Virus record (IMG/VR): IMGVR_UViG_3300045933_000271
Span: 1 to 54,299 of that record
Length of the DNA stretch: 54,299 bases
Source: a virus
Lineage: Duplodnaviria > Caudoviricetes
Strand: one strand, 5' to 3'
Below are positions 16,684-26,024 of this stretch, in pieces (positions within the stretch are counted from its first letter, which is position 1; every line of letters starts with the position of its first letter). Under the pieces are notes generated by a model. That model was given only the letters and a program-made list of their open reading frames with translations, was not told the DNA's origin and made no database searches. Position numbers and translations under genes: made by a program.

Positions 16684-16711
16684 CTTCTCTCCAATCCCCC
16701 GGTCGACTTTG

Positions 16712-16999
16712 TTAGTCCTTCTTCGGCTTCTCGCAATTACCCTTGCGCCTGCGCTGGCATTGGTGGCGGTTGGTCGTCACGCCTAGGGAGCCTTCGCAAG
16801 TACTGCAGAAGAGTTCGGGGTGCGCGCTCTGAAGTGCGAGCGTGACCTCCACGCGGAGGGCGACTTCCTTGACGCCGACTACCAGCAGAGGTTCCTCATT
16901 GATCACGAGGCCTTGGCCAACGATGTACGTCACGGGCACGCTCTCGTCCGAAGTCTCGAAAAGCGTCTTCCCTTCCAGAAGCAAAACAAATGGCTTCAT
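16712..16999 (-). CDS. Hypothetical protein with C-terminal CxxC..HxC
   Basis: GAGGG RBS directly after the tail fibre stop. Confidence 0.6.
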   Translation of the reverse strand: MKPFVLLLEGKTLFETSDESVPVTYIVGQGLVINEEPLLVVGVKEVALRVEVTLALQSAHPELFCSTCEGSLGVTTNRHQCQRRRKGNCEKPKKD

Positions 17000-17008
17000 G
17001 TTCCCTCG

Positions 17009-18355
17009 TTAGGTCGTGTAGTAAATCGCCACGGTATTAACCCAGTGAATCGGCGTGCCGCCGCCGACCCGGTAACCCACGTACCGCATAGTCGTGAAGG
17101 ACGAATCCGTGATATCCACAATGGGCATCCACTGACCGCTCTTGCGCAGAAAGGCTATAAGCGTCCCGGTAGAGTCGTCGTAGTACAGCGCCACCCCCAC
17201 TTCCATAGAGGATGAAGAATTTGCCTGAATCCCTGAATGCGTGTCCGATCCCAAGGAAGTGAAGGACCCGGACGCGCGCTTGAAGATCGCCGTCGTTGTA
17301 CCGCTGATGTTCAGCATGTAGGTGCCGTTCGCCACCTCCGAGGCGGTGGGAGTCGTGTCGGCGACGAAGATGCTGAGGTCGCTGGCGCCGTTCGCGACGT
17401 TCATGTAGGTGATGAACAGGATCTTCGTCTTCGCCGAGCCGATGTCCCAGCCCCAGTTGGCGATGGCCGCGGACGCGTACTTCGCTCGGCTGCGGTTGAC
17501 CGTCAGTGAGCCGCCGTTCAGGTTGGAGAAGTCGCGCGCGGGGTACAGGTACAGGTCCTCGTGGAACGTGGTCGCGGGCATCAGGCTGCGGTCCACGAAA
17601 AACTGCTTCTGCAGCAGGACGTCGGCCGCGCTCATGCCGCTGGGGGTGCCACCAACCAGCGTGCCGCCCACACGCTTGGCGTATTCGCCATCCGCGATGG
17701 CGCCGACCACCAGCTGGGTTGGGCCACTCGTCTCGGTGATGGCCACCACCTTGGGCAGCGCGGCCGTGCCGCCCAGGTCGTTGGCCAGCTTCACCTTCCC
17801 CTTGGTAGAGGCGTCCGCGTCGGACACCCAGCCGTCCACCAGGCCGCTGCCGTCCGCGATCACGATCTTGGATGCTGTAGGCGTGGCCGTGGCGTTGGCC
17901 GGGTCCTCGACGACCTTTGTCCCGCCGTTGAGGGAGGCGTAACCGCTGGCCGCGCCCTTTTCGCTGGTCGCCTGCTTCGCAGCCAGGGCGGCCACCAGGC
18001 CGGTGACGTCCGCCTGGGCGATGGGGAGCGTGGCGACGCCGTCCAGCTCCGTGTTGATGGCGTCCAGCTCGGCCTGGAGGCCGCTGACGTCCGAGATGTC
18101 GATCGGCAGGCCGATCGCCTCTCCGCCTCCGGAGTCCATCTGCCACCGACCCCAGCGGCCACGGACCACAGGATCCTGCCAGGTGGGGAGGAGCCAGTTG
18201 ATTCCGTCATCGGGATCCAAGGAGTGGGGCACGAAGAGCCAGCGGTGCCTGGCCGGCAGCTCGATGACCTCGAAATTACGAACGCTCCCTTGCGGGAACG
18301 ATCGAATCTCATCCAGGTTGTAGGCCAAGGAGATTCGGAGCGGTACCGTTAGCAT
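17009..18355 (-). CDS. Tail fibre / receptor-binding protein
   Basis: ISDVSGLQAELD and QADVTGLVAALAAK repeats, KGAASGYASL, DADASTKGKVKLANDLGGTA fibre motifs; beta-rich lectin-like C-terminus. Confidence 0.8.
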   Translation of the reverse strand: MLTVPLRISLAYNLDEIRSFPQGSVRNFEVIELPARHRWLFVPHSLDPDDGINWLLPTWQDPVVRGRWGRWQMDSGGGEAIGLPIDISDVSGLQAELDAINTELDGVATLPIAQADVTGLVAALAAKQATSEKGAASGYASLNGGTKVVEDPANATATPTASKIVIADGSGLVDGWVSDADASTKGKVKLANDLGGTAALPKVVAITETSGPTQLVVGAIADGEYAKRVGGTLVGGTPSGMSAADVLLQKQFFVDRSLMPATTFHEDLYLYPARDFSNLNGGSLTVNRSRAKYASAAIANWGWDIGSAKTKILFITYMNVANGASDLSIFVADTTPTASEVANGTYMLNISGTTTAIFKRASGSFTSLGSDTHSGIQANSSSSMEVGVALYYDDSTGTLIAFLRKSGQWMPIVDITDSSFTTMRYVGYRVGGGTPIHWVNTVAIYYTT

Positions 18356-18364
18356 CGGGCGTTC

Positions 18365-19387
18365 CTAGATCTGCTCCACCGAGTCGTTGTCCTTCGGAAT
18401 CGCCATGCCCAGGAGCGGCCGCACGAAGAGCCCCAACGTGTAGCCCCTGGCGCTGACGACGTGCTCTCCGATGGACACGCGCTCGAGGCGGAAGTCCTCT
18501 ACGTCCGTGACGAACCGGTCGTCGCCGACCGCCCCCTCGTCGATCGTGAAGTAGATGCGGTCCGGGCAGCTGGCCACGTTGATCTCGAGCGTCCCGGTGT
18601 TCCACTTCACCCCGGCGGCCATCAGCTTGAGGACCAGCTTGTTCTTGATCGCGCTCGGAGAATGGAAGCGGCCGGCGCCGGCGCGCGGCACGTCTACGAA
18701 TCCGCCGATCACCTCGACGGCATGGTTGACGCCGATCTCGTTGGCCAGCGGTCCGCCGTGGAGCGGCAGGGACATCTCCGCGACGAGATCCCCCGTCCAC
18801 TGGGTCTCCCAGTCGGAGATCTGCACGACCTGAGCATGCTTCACCATGCTCTGGAAGAGCGAATAGGCCGGGAGGTGGTGCCCCATGCGCTTGAAGTTGG
18901 TCAGGTTGAACCCGTTCCAGGTCATCGAGTAGATGTAGAGGACCTCGGGGGTCGTGTCGTCCTCGAAGAGCTGCGCGGTGCCGCTCGAGGGGATGCCGAC
19001 GTAGATGGTCTTCGGGAGGGCGTTCAGGATCGGCGCAGCGTCCAGCGTGACGTCTCCGGGCTGCTGGACCCTCTGACGTTCCCCGCCCCAAGTTCCCCAC
19101 GCGGCCGAGATGTCGAATTCCACGGAGGGAATGCTGGGCGCCGGCCGGCGGCCGATGACGATCTCGGCGCCGCCCGAGTATGCATCGGTGTCGAGCACGT
19201 AGGAGTGCGTTCCGATGAGGCCGGGCCGGTCGTAGGTATCGAGGATCAGGTCCGCCCCGTCGCCGCTCACCGCCAGCACCTGCTGAGCGAGCGCGTTCAC
19301 GAAGCTCTCGATCGCGGCGAAGTTCGCCTCCACTTTCTCGGGGTAATCGAATCCCCCGTCGGTCATTTCTTCCAGGCTGAGCGGCAT
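18365..19387 (-). CDS. Putative virion (tail tip) protein
   Basis: Short N-terminal coil (KVEANFAAIE) then beta-rich body; position among fibre genes. Confidence 0.65.
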   Translation of the reverse strand: MPLSLEEMTDGGFDYPEKVEANFAAIESFVNALAQQVLAVSGDGADLILDTYDRPGLIGTHSYVLDTDAYSGGAEIVIGRRPAPSIPSVEFDISAAWGTWGGERQRVQQPGDVTLDAAPILNALPKTIYVGIPSSGTAQLFEDDTTPEVLYIYSMTWNGFNLTNFKRMGHHLPAYSLFQSMVKHAQVVQISDWETQWTGDLVAEMSLPLHGGPLANEIGVNHAVEVIGGFVDVPRAGAGRFHSPSAIKNKLVLKLMAAGVKWNTGTLEINVASCPDRIYFTIDEGAVGDDRFVTDVEDFRLERVSIGEHVVSARGYTLGLFVRPLLGMAIPKDNDSVEQI

Positions 19388-19396
19388 GGCGTTCTC

Positions 19397-20047
19397 CTAT
19401 TCCTCGAGTTCAATGGTCGTCTGCTCGTGCCCGCCCCAGGGGAACGACCCCCACGCGCGCGAGCCCCAAGGGATGCGGGCAATCTTGACGTGCCTGGTCG
19501 TGGTTCTCCGAAACGGGGTCGGGGAGAGCATCTCGGGCACGTCTTCCGGATCCACATCAGGCCCGGCGACGATGGCTCCGAAAGCGTCACGAATGGTCAC
19601 CTCTCCCCACGCGAACTGTCCCCACGCCTTCGCTCCCCAGGCCGTTCGCTGGTAGTCCAGGTCCTCGATCCACAGGAGCCCGAGCTCCGCCAGATTGGGC
19701 CGAACTTCCTGGTAGGTGGGATTGAGGATCGAATCCTCGGGCATCTGCGCGCCCGCGGGGACCACCTTCGCCCGGCCGATGACCGTCAGTTTCCCCTGAT
19801 GGTTGCGCTCCAACTCCACAGGCATCCGGACGTCGGTGATGAGTTCGTGGGCGATCGGAGCGATCGGACATGACCGGACGATCTTGGGCTCTCCGGATCT
19901 GGACGGCCCAAGGTAGACATCGACCACCCACTCCTTGCTTCCAGCCTGATCGACGACGGCATAGCGCGGCCCTTCGGCCGTGATGCCGTTCATGGTTTTG
20001 CGATGCTCGTCGAACTCCCGACGGCTGATTTGCGCGGTGTTGCTCAT
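19397..20047 (-). CDS. Putative baseplate/tail protein with WG repeats
   Basis: AWGAKAWGQFAWG and PWGSRAWGSFPWGG; start moved to ATG 20047. Confidence 0.7.
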   Translation of the reverse strand: MSNTAQISRREFDEHRKTMNGITAEGPRYAVVDQAGSKEWVVDVYLGPSRSGEPKIVRSCPIAPIAHELITDVRMPVELERNHQGKLTVIGRAKVVPAGAQMPEDSILNPTYQEVRPNLAELGLLWIEDLDYQRTAWGAKAWGQFAWGEVTIRDAFGAIVAGPDVDPEDVPEMLSPTPFRRTTTRHVKIARIPWGSRAWGSFPWGGHEQTTIELEE

Positions 20048-20067
20048 TCGGCGTTTTCCGTCCTCGG

Positions 20068-20769
20068 TCAGACGTTGATGGCGTTCCACTGGTGCTTGAT
20101 CTTCATGGTCTTCGCGGCGTCCGCCAGGGTGCGGAGCCCGCACACGTGGCAGAGGTTTACGGTGGCCCCGGGGATGTTTCCGGACGTCGCCACCAGGACC
20201 CGGACGCCGTTGATCCACCACTCGATCGTCGTGGCGGTCACGAACCGGATCATCAGCTCGTACTCCGTGTCGATGGCGAACGGGATGCCGGAGTCCACCA
20301 CCGTGCAGGCGCCGGACCCGTCGTTCCGGAGGCACATGATGTTCGTGTCGCCGGCCGACGTGCTGAACCGGAACAGCGCGACGTCGTCCCCGGGGTCGTC
20401 GCTCCCCATGAACGTCCCGCTCCCGAACTCGGCCATCCCCGCCCAGAACCGGACGTTGGCCGCGGAGCTGAACTTGACCCGGCAGCCGTAGCTCGGCCGC
20501 ACGTCGGGCCGGCCCAGGTAGCCGTTGGACAGGAAGGTCGTCTCGGTACCTCCCTGGGCGTTGGTCGTTGCCGCCGTGGTGAAGTCCACCCAGTCGCTGC
20601 CGTCGGCCTCGTGCGCGACACCCGCCGCCGCCCCCAGCAGCACGCTGAAGATGTCCGTGCCGATCACGCAGCGGCTTCCGTTCCGGTACGAGGTGTGGTT
20701 GAAGACGCGCCCCAGCTTCGGCCGCAGGAGGCTGGCGGCGATGATCCCGTCAAAACGTCCTGTGTCCAT
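20068..20769 (-). CDS. Concanavalin/LamG-like beta-sandwich virion protein
   Basis: VRFWAGM..VALFRFSTSAGDTN..VDSGIP..IEWWING; GAGAGG RBS. Confidence 0.65.
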   Translation of the reverse strand: MDTGRFDGIIAASLLRPKLGRVFNHTSYRNGSRCVIGTDIFSVLLGAAAGVAHEADGSDWVDFTTAATTNAQGGTETTFLSNGYLGRPDVRPSYGCRVKFSSAANVRFWAGMAEFGSGTFMGSDDPGDDVALFRFSTSAGDTNIMCLRNDGSGACTVVDSGIPFAIDTEYELMIRFVTATTIEWWINGVRVLVATSGNIPGATVNLCHVCGLRTLADAAKTMKIKHQWNAINV

Positions 20770-20779
20770 TTCCTCTCCT

Positions 20780-22180
20780 CTAGCCCATGTAGGTGGCGCC
20801 GATGCGCGCCGGGACGTCCGCCGTGGCGAAGATGAAGCTGCTGTTCGCCGCGCCGCCGGGCTTCCGGCAGATGATGGAGACGCGCCAGTCCCCGGCCGCC
20901 AGCGTCACGCGCTTGGAGCACCTGATCCCGGCGATCATGCCGAACCCGAACGGTCCCAGGCTGACGAACGTCCCGTAGTAGTCCACGGGCGACCCGCTCG
21001 GGTTGCCGCCGACCATCTGCTGGACCCGGATGCCGATCTGGGCATCGCACTGGGCGATGAAGTTCGGGCCCGCGGTCGCGTCCGCCTCCAGGACCACTTT
21101 CCTGCTGCCGGACAGGGGGAAGTCCAGGCGGGAAGCGGTGAATTCCGACCAGGAGGGGCCGAAGACGAAGTTCCCGCTGGTCACCTCGACCTCAGGCGCC
21201 TCCAGGGTGATCAGACCAGCCTCGATGTCGTCGATCTGGTCTTGAAGGTCTTGGTCCGCTGCGTTCATCTGGCCGACCGTGGCGCCGTGGTCGGCCGCGA
21301 CGCCGTTGGCAAGATTGGTTTGTTTGTTCCCGCCATTGTCGAAGTCGGCGACCATGGGGACCGTGCCGTCGCTCTTGAGGTCGCCGCCGCCCGGAGCATT
21401 CGGGGCCAGCAGGAACATCTCCACGGAGCTCGACTGCGCGATGTACGCGCTGTCGGGCTCGACCGTGCCGTAGACCTTGAGGGAGACGTAGTCGCCCTCG
21501 TCCAGCGGGATGAGGAGCACGTCCGTAATGAACGTGGTATTCTGGCCCTGGGCCTCGAAGAACTGGGGATGGACTCCCTCGCTGGCCTCCGCGCCGTTCT
21601 TCTGCCACTGGATCCCGCAGCCATCGAACCCGACGACCTTGAGCCTGGAGACGAGCAGGTAGTAGCCGTCGGCCGGCGCGACAAACCGGTCCTTGTTGCT
21701 CGCAGTGTCGTGCATGTCGTCCGCGTCGGAGTCGTCGACGTCGGCCTCGAACGTCCTGGGGGATGTGCCGGTCGCAAGATTAGCGCTGTTGTGGGCTCGG
21801 CAGTATTTGTAGGTCCCAAGCGCCCCAAGGCCGGCGGCCACGGCCGCCTCCAGCTGCTGGAGGGTTACCGCGTCGGTCGGGTCAGAGGCGTTACCCAGGC
21901 CCACAACTTTGCTCCCGTCCAGGTTCAGGTCGCCGGTCATGGCCACGGACCCGTCGCGCTTGACGTTCTCGTCTTCCACCGACTCCAGATCGTCGACTCT
22001 CGTACCGATGGAATCGACACTGGCCTGGGAGGCCTTTCCCGACAAACCGGCTTCCAGTCCGCCGATGGCGGTGTCGGTCTTCTCCCAGTTCTCGTTCAGC
22101 GCCTCGGCACCCGGATTGGCGCGCTCCGCCCACTGGCCGAGCCCGATGTTGGGTGTGGTCGAAATCGGATCGTCGGGCAT
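20780..22180 (-). CDS. Tail fibre with adhesin-neck-like motifs and a C1q-like domain
   Basis: LNENWEKTDTAI; DGSVAMTGDLNLDGSKVVGLGNASDPTDAVTLQQL and repeat DGTVPMVADFD..LANGVAADHGATVGQM; RFVAPADGYYL..LDEGDYVSL. Confidence 0.8.
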   Translation of the reverse strand: MPDDPISTTPNIGLGQWAERANPGAEALNENWEKTDTAIGGLEAGLSGKASQASVDSIGTRVDDLESVEDENVKRDGSVAMTGDLNLDGSKVVGLGNASDPTDAVTLQQLEAAVAAGLGALGTYKYCRAHNSANLATGTSPRTFEADVDDSDADDMHDTASNKDRFVAPADGYYLLVSRLKVVGFDGCGIQWQKNGAEASEGVHPQFFEAQGQNTTFITDVLLIPLDEGDYVSLKVYGTVEPDSAYIAQSSSVEMFLLAPNAPGGGDLKSDGTVPMVADFDNGGNKQTNLANGVAADHGATVGQMNAADQDLQDQIDDIEAGLITLEAPEVEVTSGNFVFGPSWSEFTASRLDFPLSGSRKVVLEADATAGPNFIAQCDAQIGIRVQQMVGGNPSGSPVDYYGTFVSLGPFGFGMIAGIRCSKRVTLAAGDWRVSIICRKPGGAANSSFIFATADVPARIGATYMG

Positions 22181-23881
22181 CTAGAGCTCCTCTCCGTAGA
22201 ATGTGCCGTACCCGTGACCGTAGCCAAGGACGGCCTCCACGGCGGCCGCGGTCTTGGGAACGTTCTTGTGGACCATCCAGGTCGTGAGCTTCATGAGCGA
22301 AGGGCTGCCGCGCTGGATGTCCCTGGTGATCCCCGTGATGTAGTGGCGGTGCCCTTCGGCGGTCTCGATCACGTCGTCGACCTCGAGTAGTGGGTCGTCC
22401 AGGATCTCGATCTCGTAGACCTGGTTCTTCACCAGCTCCCGGCGGAGCCGCTCGACGGCCGCCGCTTGCAGCGCGGGCATGGTGCTGATGAAGGCGTTTC
22501 TGAACTCAACCTTGCGGATCCGCTCGGGGAGCAGGCCGGGGAGCTCCGCCAGGACCTGGAGCTCCTGGTAGGCGTTCTCGTAAGGCTTCCCCCAGATCTG
22601 GTACCGCCCGCGGCCGATGAACTGCATGGCCCAGAGGAGGAAAGCCATCGCCACCTGGGAGAGGATGCTCAGGATGCTCCGGAGGATGGCGAGCGTCGTG
22701 GGCGCCCCCTCGTTCACGACGGGAGTGTTTCCGTCCACGCCTGAGTCCATAAGTAGGTCGATCAGGATGATGGCCAGCTGCGTCGCGAGCCAGGTGACGA
22801 AGATGATGACGCGGGCGTTGGCAAGCCAGCGGGTGTCGATCTCCAGGCGCCCGTGGAACTCGTCGATCTGGCCCCACTTGCCGCTCGACCACTTGATCTT
22901 GGTCTTCGTCACCAGGAAGGTCTCGTCGGCGCGCTGCGTCTTGTCTTCGCTGAACCAGTGGCGCTCGTTGTACTCGCGCTCGAAGAAGCCGACCGTGGGC
23001 ATGACCTCGTTCAGCTGCTGGGCCTCCTGAAGCAGCTTCGTCATGTTGTGGCTTTGCCCGATCATGAGGACCGAGTTGCTGACCTCGATCTCGTTGGGGG
23101 TCTTCCGGATGCTTCGGATCGGAAAGTTTCCCTCCGAATAGACCCGCACGGCGGGCTTGTCCAGGTTCAGGTCGACCGCGACCAGGCGCCCGCGGCCGTC
23201 GAACATGGGTTTCTTCCCGGCCGGGAACAGGCAGTGCCACAGCGCCGGCAAGGCATACTCGTCCACGATCTGGTTGGTCTCGTGGAGTGTGAGTACGCCC
23301 AGGGCACCGATCAGGATCTCGCCCTGCGTGAGGCCCATGGGCCCGGTGGCAATCTGGAACACGATCTCGCCCAGGTCCGTGCCGGCGGGCATCTCTTGAG
23401 TCGCCTCCACCGTCAGGCCGAGGAAAGACTCCTCGCGCCCATAGGCGGTGGCGGTCATGTCCTCGGAGCGATCGGCGCGCGATCCAGCGTCGTTTCCGGG
23501 GGATCCCCGGAAGTGACCCGTGAAGACCGGCTCCCATTCGGACTGCCTCACGCGGTCGTCGCCCACGCGGATCTGGACAATCACGCCGTCCTGGATGAAC
23601 CCTTCCCGGAGGTTGACGCCCGGGTTCGGCGCACGGTGGAAGACGATCGACGCGGAAGGCACGCTCGGGTCGTTGCGGTTCTCGTAGCCGACGTTCCAGC
23701 TGAGCGACACTCTTTCGACGAAGGCGGAGAGGTCCACCCACGGTTCGGCGTTCGTACCGTTTGCCACGGCGCTCATCGACGTGCGATGAGGGTTCACGAC
23801 CAGGACCTGGGCCCGCGGCTTCCGGGTCTGAGACCCGGCGATCTCGTTAAGGCGCGTTCCCAGGACGGCGGCGCGGGACAT
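22181..23881 (-). CDS. Baseplate hub / tail-tip protein with a two-helix hydrophobic insert
   Basis: WVDLSAFVERVS, VFTGHF, FDGRGRLV, DDPLLEVDDVI hub-like motifs; hydrophobic hairpin in the C-terminal half. Confidence 0.7.
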   Translation of the reverse strand: MSRAAVLGTRLNEIAGSQTRKPRAQVLVVNPHRTSMSAVANGTNAEPWVDLSAFVERVSLSWNVGYENRNDPSVPSASIVFHRAPNPGVNLREGFIQDGVIVQIRVGDDRVRQSEWEPVFTGHFRGSPGNDAGSRADRSEDMTATAYGREESFLGLTVEATQEMPAGTDLGEIVFQIATGPMGLTQGEILIGALGVLTLHETNQIVDEYALPALWHCLFPAGKKPMFDGRGRLVAVDLNLDKPAVRVYSEGNFPIRSIRKTPNEIEVSNSVLMIGQSHNMTKLLQEAQQLNEVMPTVGFFEREYNERHWFSEDKTQRADETFLVTKTKIKWSSGKWGQIDEFHGRLEIDTRWLANARVIIFVTWLATQLAIILIDLLMDSGVDGNTPVVNEGAPTTLAILRSILSILSQVAMAFLLWAMQFIGRGRYQIWGKPYENAYQELQVLAELPGLLPERIRKVEFRNAFISTMPALQAAAVERLRRELVKNQVYEIEILDDPLLEVDDVIETAEGHRHYITGITRDIQRGSPSLMKLTTWMVHKNVPKTAAAVEAVLGYGHGYGTFYGEEL

Positions 23882-24619
23882 CTACGCGACCCCCTTCCGC
23901 CAGAAAGCCATGGCATCCAGCGGAGCCCACCTGGGCGGTTCCACCGTCTCAACCGCATTGCGGTCCACGTACCGCCACGTGTTCATTCCATGGCGCACGT
24001 AGATGAAGAGGTTGTGATTCCGGACCGCGACGGCCTTCTCGCCGGCCTCGATCAGGGCGTTGAGGAAGACCACCTTCTGCCCGACCGGGAGGGGCGGATG
24101 CTTGGCGCCGTGACGGAGAACGGAGCGGGCGAAGAGGGAAGTGCCGTCGTGGAACGGTCCCTTCCAGCCGCCGATGGCATTCCCGATCCATGCCGAGATC
24201 GGGCCGCGCTTCTGGAACGGCTTAAACTTGGCGAACCGCGCGCCCGGGACGTAGACCACGTAGTCGCGCGGGATCCCGGTGATGGTCGCCCGATCCTCGG
24301 CGAGGGGCTCCAGCTGGCGCACCAGGCGGCTGGGATGGAACCAGTCGTCATCGTCCACGTAACAGAGCGCGCCGCCCTGTGCCTCGGCCAGTGCCCGATT
24401 GTGCTTCGCGCCCATGTCCTGATCGGGTTCGAGGACGATATGCCTGATGTCCCTGGCCTTGGAGAAGTCCAACCTCAACTCCCGCCGGCTTCCGTCGACC
24501 ACGACGAGCTCCTTGCGCTGCCACGTCTGGGCCCGCCACCACCGAACCGCGTTCTCAAGGAACGCCGGCCGGTTGGCAGTCACGCAGAGCCCCGAGACGA
24601 GGAGGTTGCTCATTCTCAT
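23882..24619 (-). CDS. Glycosyltransferase family 2
   Basis: LVSGLCVTANRPAFL..QTWQRKELVVVDGS..GAKHNRALAEAQG..YVDDDDWFHPSRL..YVRHGMNTW. Confidence 0.9.
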   Translation of the reverse strand: MRMSNLLVSGLCVTANRPAFLENAVRWWRAQTWQRKELVVVDGSRRELRLDFSKARDIRHIVLEPDQDMGAKHNRALAEAQGGALCYVDDDDWFHPSRLVRQLEPLAEDRATITGIPRDYVVYVPGARFAKFKPFQKRGPISAWIGNAIGGWKGPFHDGTSLFARSVLRHGAKHPPLPVGQKVVFLNALIEAGEKAVAVRNHNLFIYVRHGMNTWRYVDRNAVETVEPPRWAPLDAMAFWRKGVA

Positions 24620-24620
24620 A

Positions 24621-26024
24621 TCAGTAGGGCGAGCAGACGGGCCCGCCGCCCGTTCCCACGCCGCCAGGTCCGATCGGCATGTGGCTGATCTCCCGGGCTC
24701 CCGGGCCGTACACGCTGACCGGCATGCTCGGCTTGGTGCCGTCGACAAGAACCACGTCGAAGCTCTCGACGTTGTCCGCCTTCAGCTGCGCCACCGAGAG
24801 CGCGATCGTATAGCGGTGCGGATCCCCGTAGGGCTCCTCCACCTCTGGGCTCGACGAGCTCTGGATGAGCGGCAGATAATCCACATCATCCATCTGGACC
24901 TTTCGCGCGCCCGTAAGAGCGGCCGAGGAAGGCGTGGAGGACCAGCGACGGATGCGCATCTTCGGAGATCCGCCCACCGTCGCGCCCCGGATCGTGACGA
25001 AGAGCAGGCTCTGATCGACCGTGTCTTCTGGGCCCGGGACCACCTGGACCATCGGTTCCGACGCGCTCGAGGGAAGACCTTCCGGAGTGGCCTGGCCCGC
25101 TTTTACGAAGAGGTCGACGCACGGCATGATCTCGGGTGCCATACAGACTTCATCCTGATCCACGACGCGGATCAGGATGGGGACGTCCACGAAGTAGAGC
25201 GAGTCCTGCTTCGAGCGGAACCGGGCGGTGAGAGACTTCAGGCCCACCGTGTTCTCGATCTGGATCACGCGGCGGTTCTCGATCGCCACCTGGTTGAGCG
25301 GGTTCACCTGGACGCCCACGCCCTCGGTCCCCGGGGTGGCATCGAAGAACGACACGAAGGCGGCGCCGCCGTAGGCCTTCTTGAAGCCGGCTTCCTCGTC
25401 GTCGCTGCTACGCCGGTGGAGTACTCCGAACTCGTCGCTCCAGCCGACCATGAAGTCCGTGCGGACCTCGAGCCAGTCGCGGGAGTCGTCCACTATCTCC
25501 GCAACGACCTCCACGGGCTCCAAGGTCACCGGGTCGAGCGCCGCCTCGCCGTTCAGGGTGACGACGTCGGCCTCGTGCTCTTGGGCCCAGAATTCGCGCT
25601 CGTATGAGCCGCGGGCTGTCTGAATCCGCACGTAGTTGCGGACCGGGCCGGACTCTGCCGTTCCCGCCACGGTCTGCCCGCTGCCGACCATGAGCTCGAA
25701 TCCATGGATACCGGGTGCCTGGAGGGTCGCCTGGGCCTTGAGGTTCGATCCGGGCTTGCCCGGTCGCTGGAAGAGGAAGATCCCCTTCAGATCGTCTCCC
25801 AGGCCAAGCGGGATGGAGAGCTCCAGACCCAGGCCGGCCAGGATGGGATTGCGCCGGTGCGACCCCGCCCGATTGAGCGTGAGTGCCACCGCGTTGACGA
25901 CCGAGTTTCCGTTCTCGACGGGATCCCGGAGGGCGGGGACCAGGCCTCGAAGGCGAGGATCCTCGGCCCGGTGGACTCGCCGGTGATCGGGGAAGGGGAC
26001 GGAGCCGCGGCCCTGGAACGGCAT
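24621..26024 (-). CDS. Putative minor tail protein
   Basis: 467 aa beta-rich ORF abutting neighbours in the tail operon. Confidence 0.6.
   Translation of the reverse strand: MPFQGRGSVPFPDHRRVHRAEDPRLRGLVPALRDPVENGNSVVNAVALTLNRAGSHRRNPILAGLGLELSIPLGLGDDLKGIFLFQRPGKPGSNLKAQATLQAPGIHGFELMVGSGQTVAGTAESGPVRNYVRIQTARGSYEREFWAQEHEADVVTLNGEAALDPVTLEPVEVVAEIVDDSRDWLEVRTDFMVGWSDEFGVLHRRSSDDEEAGFKKAYGGAAFVSFFDATPGTEGVGVQVNPLNQVAIENRRVIQIENTVGLKSLTARFRSKQDSLYFVDVPILIRVVDQDEVCMAPEIMPCVDLFVKAGQATPEGLPSSASEPMVQVVPGPEDTVDQSLLFVTIRGATVGGSPKMRIRRWSSTPSSAALTGARKVQMDDVDYLPLIQSSSSPEVEEPYGDPHRYTIALSVAQLKADNVESFDVVLVDGTKPSMPVSVYGPGAREISHMPIGPGGVGTGGGPVCSPY

Noticed and set aside
17009-22180. Diversity-generating retroelement or invertible fibre cassette
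   Set aside because: No reverse transcriptase, no TR/VR repeat pair, no invertase or flanking inverted repeats seen
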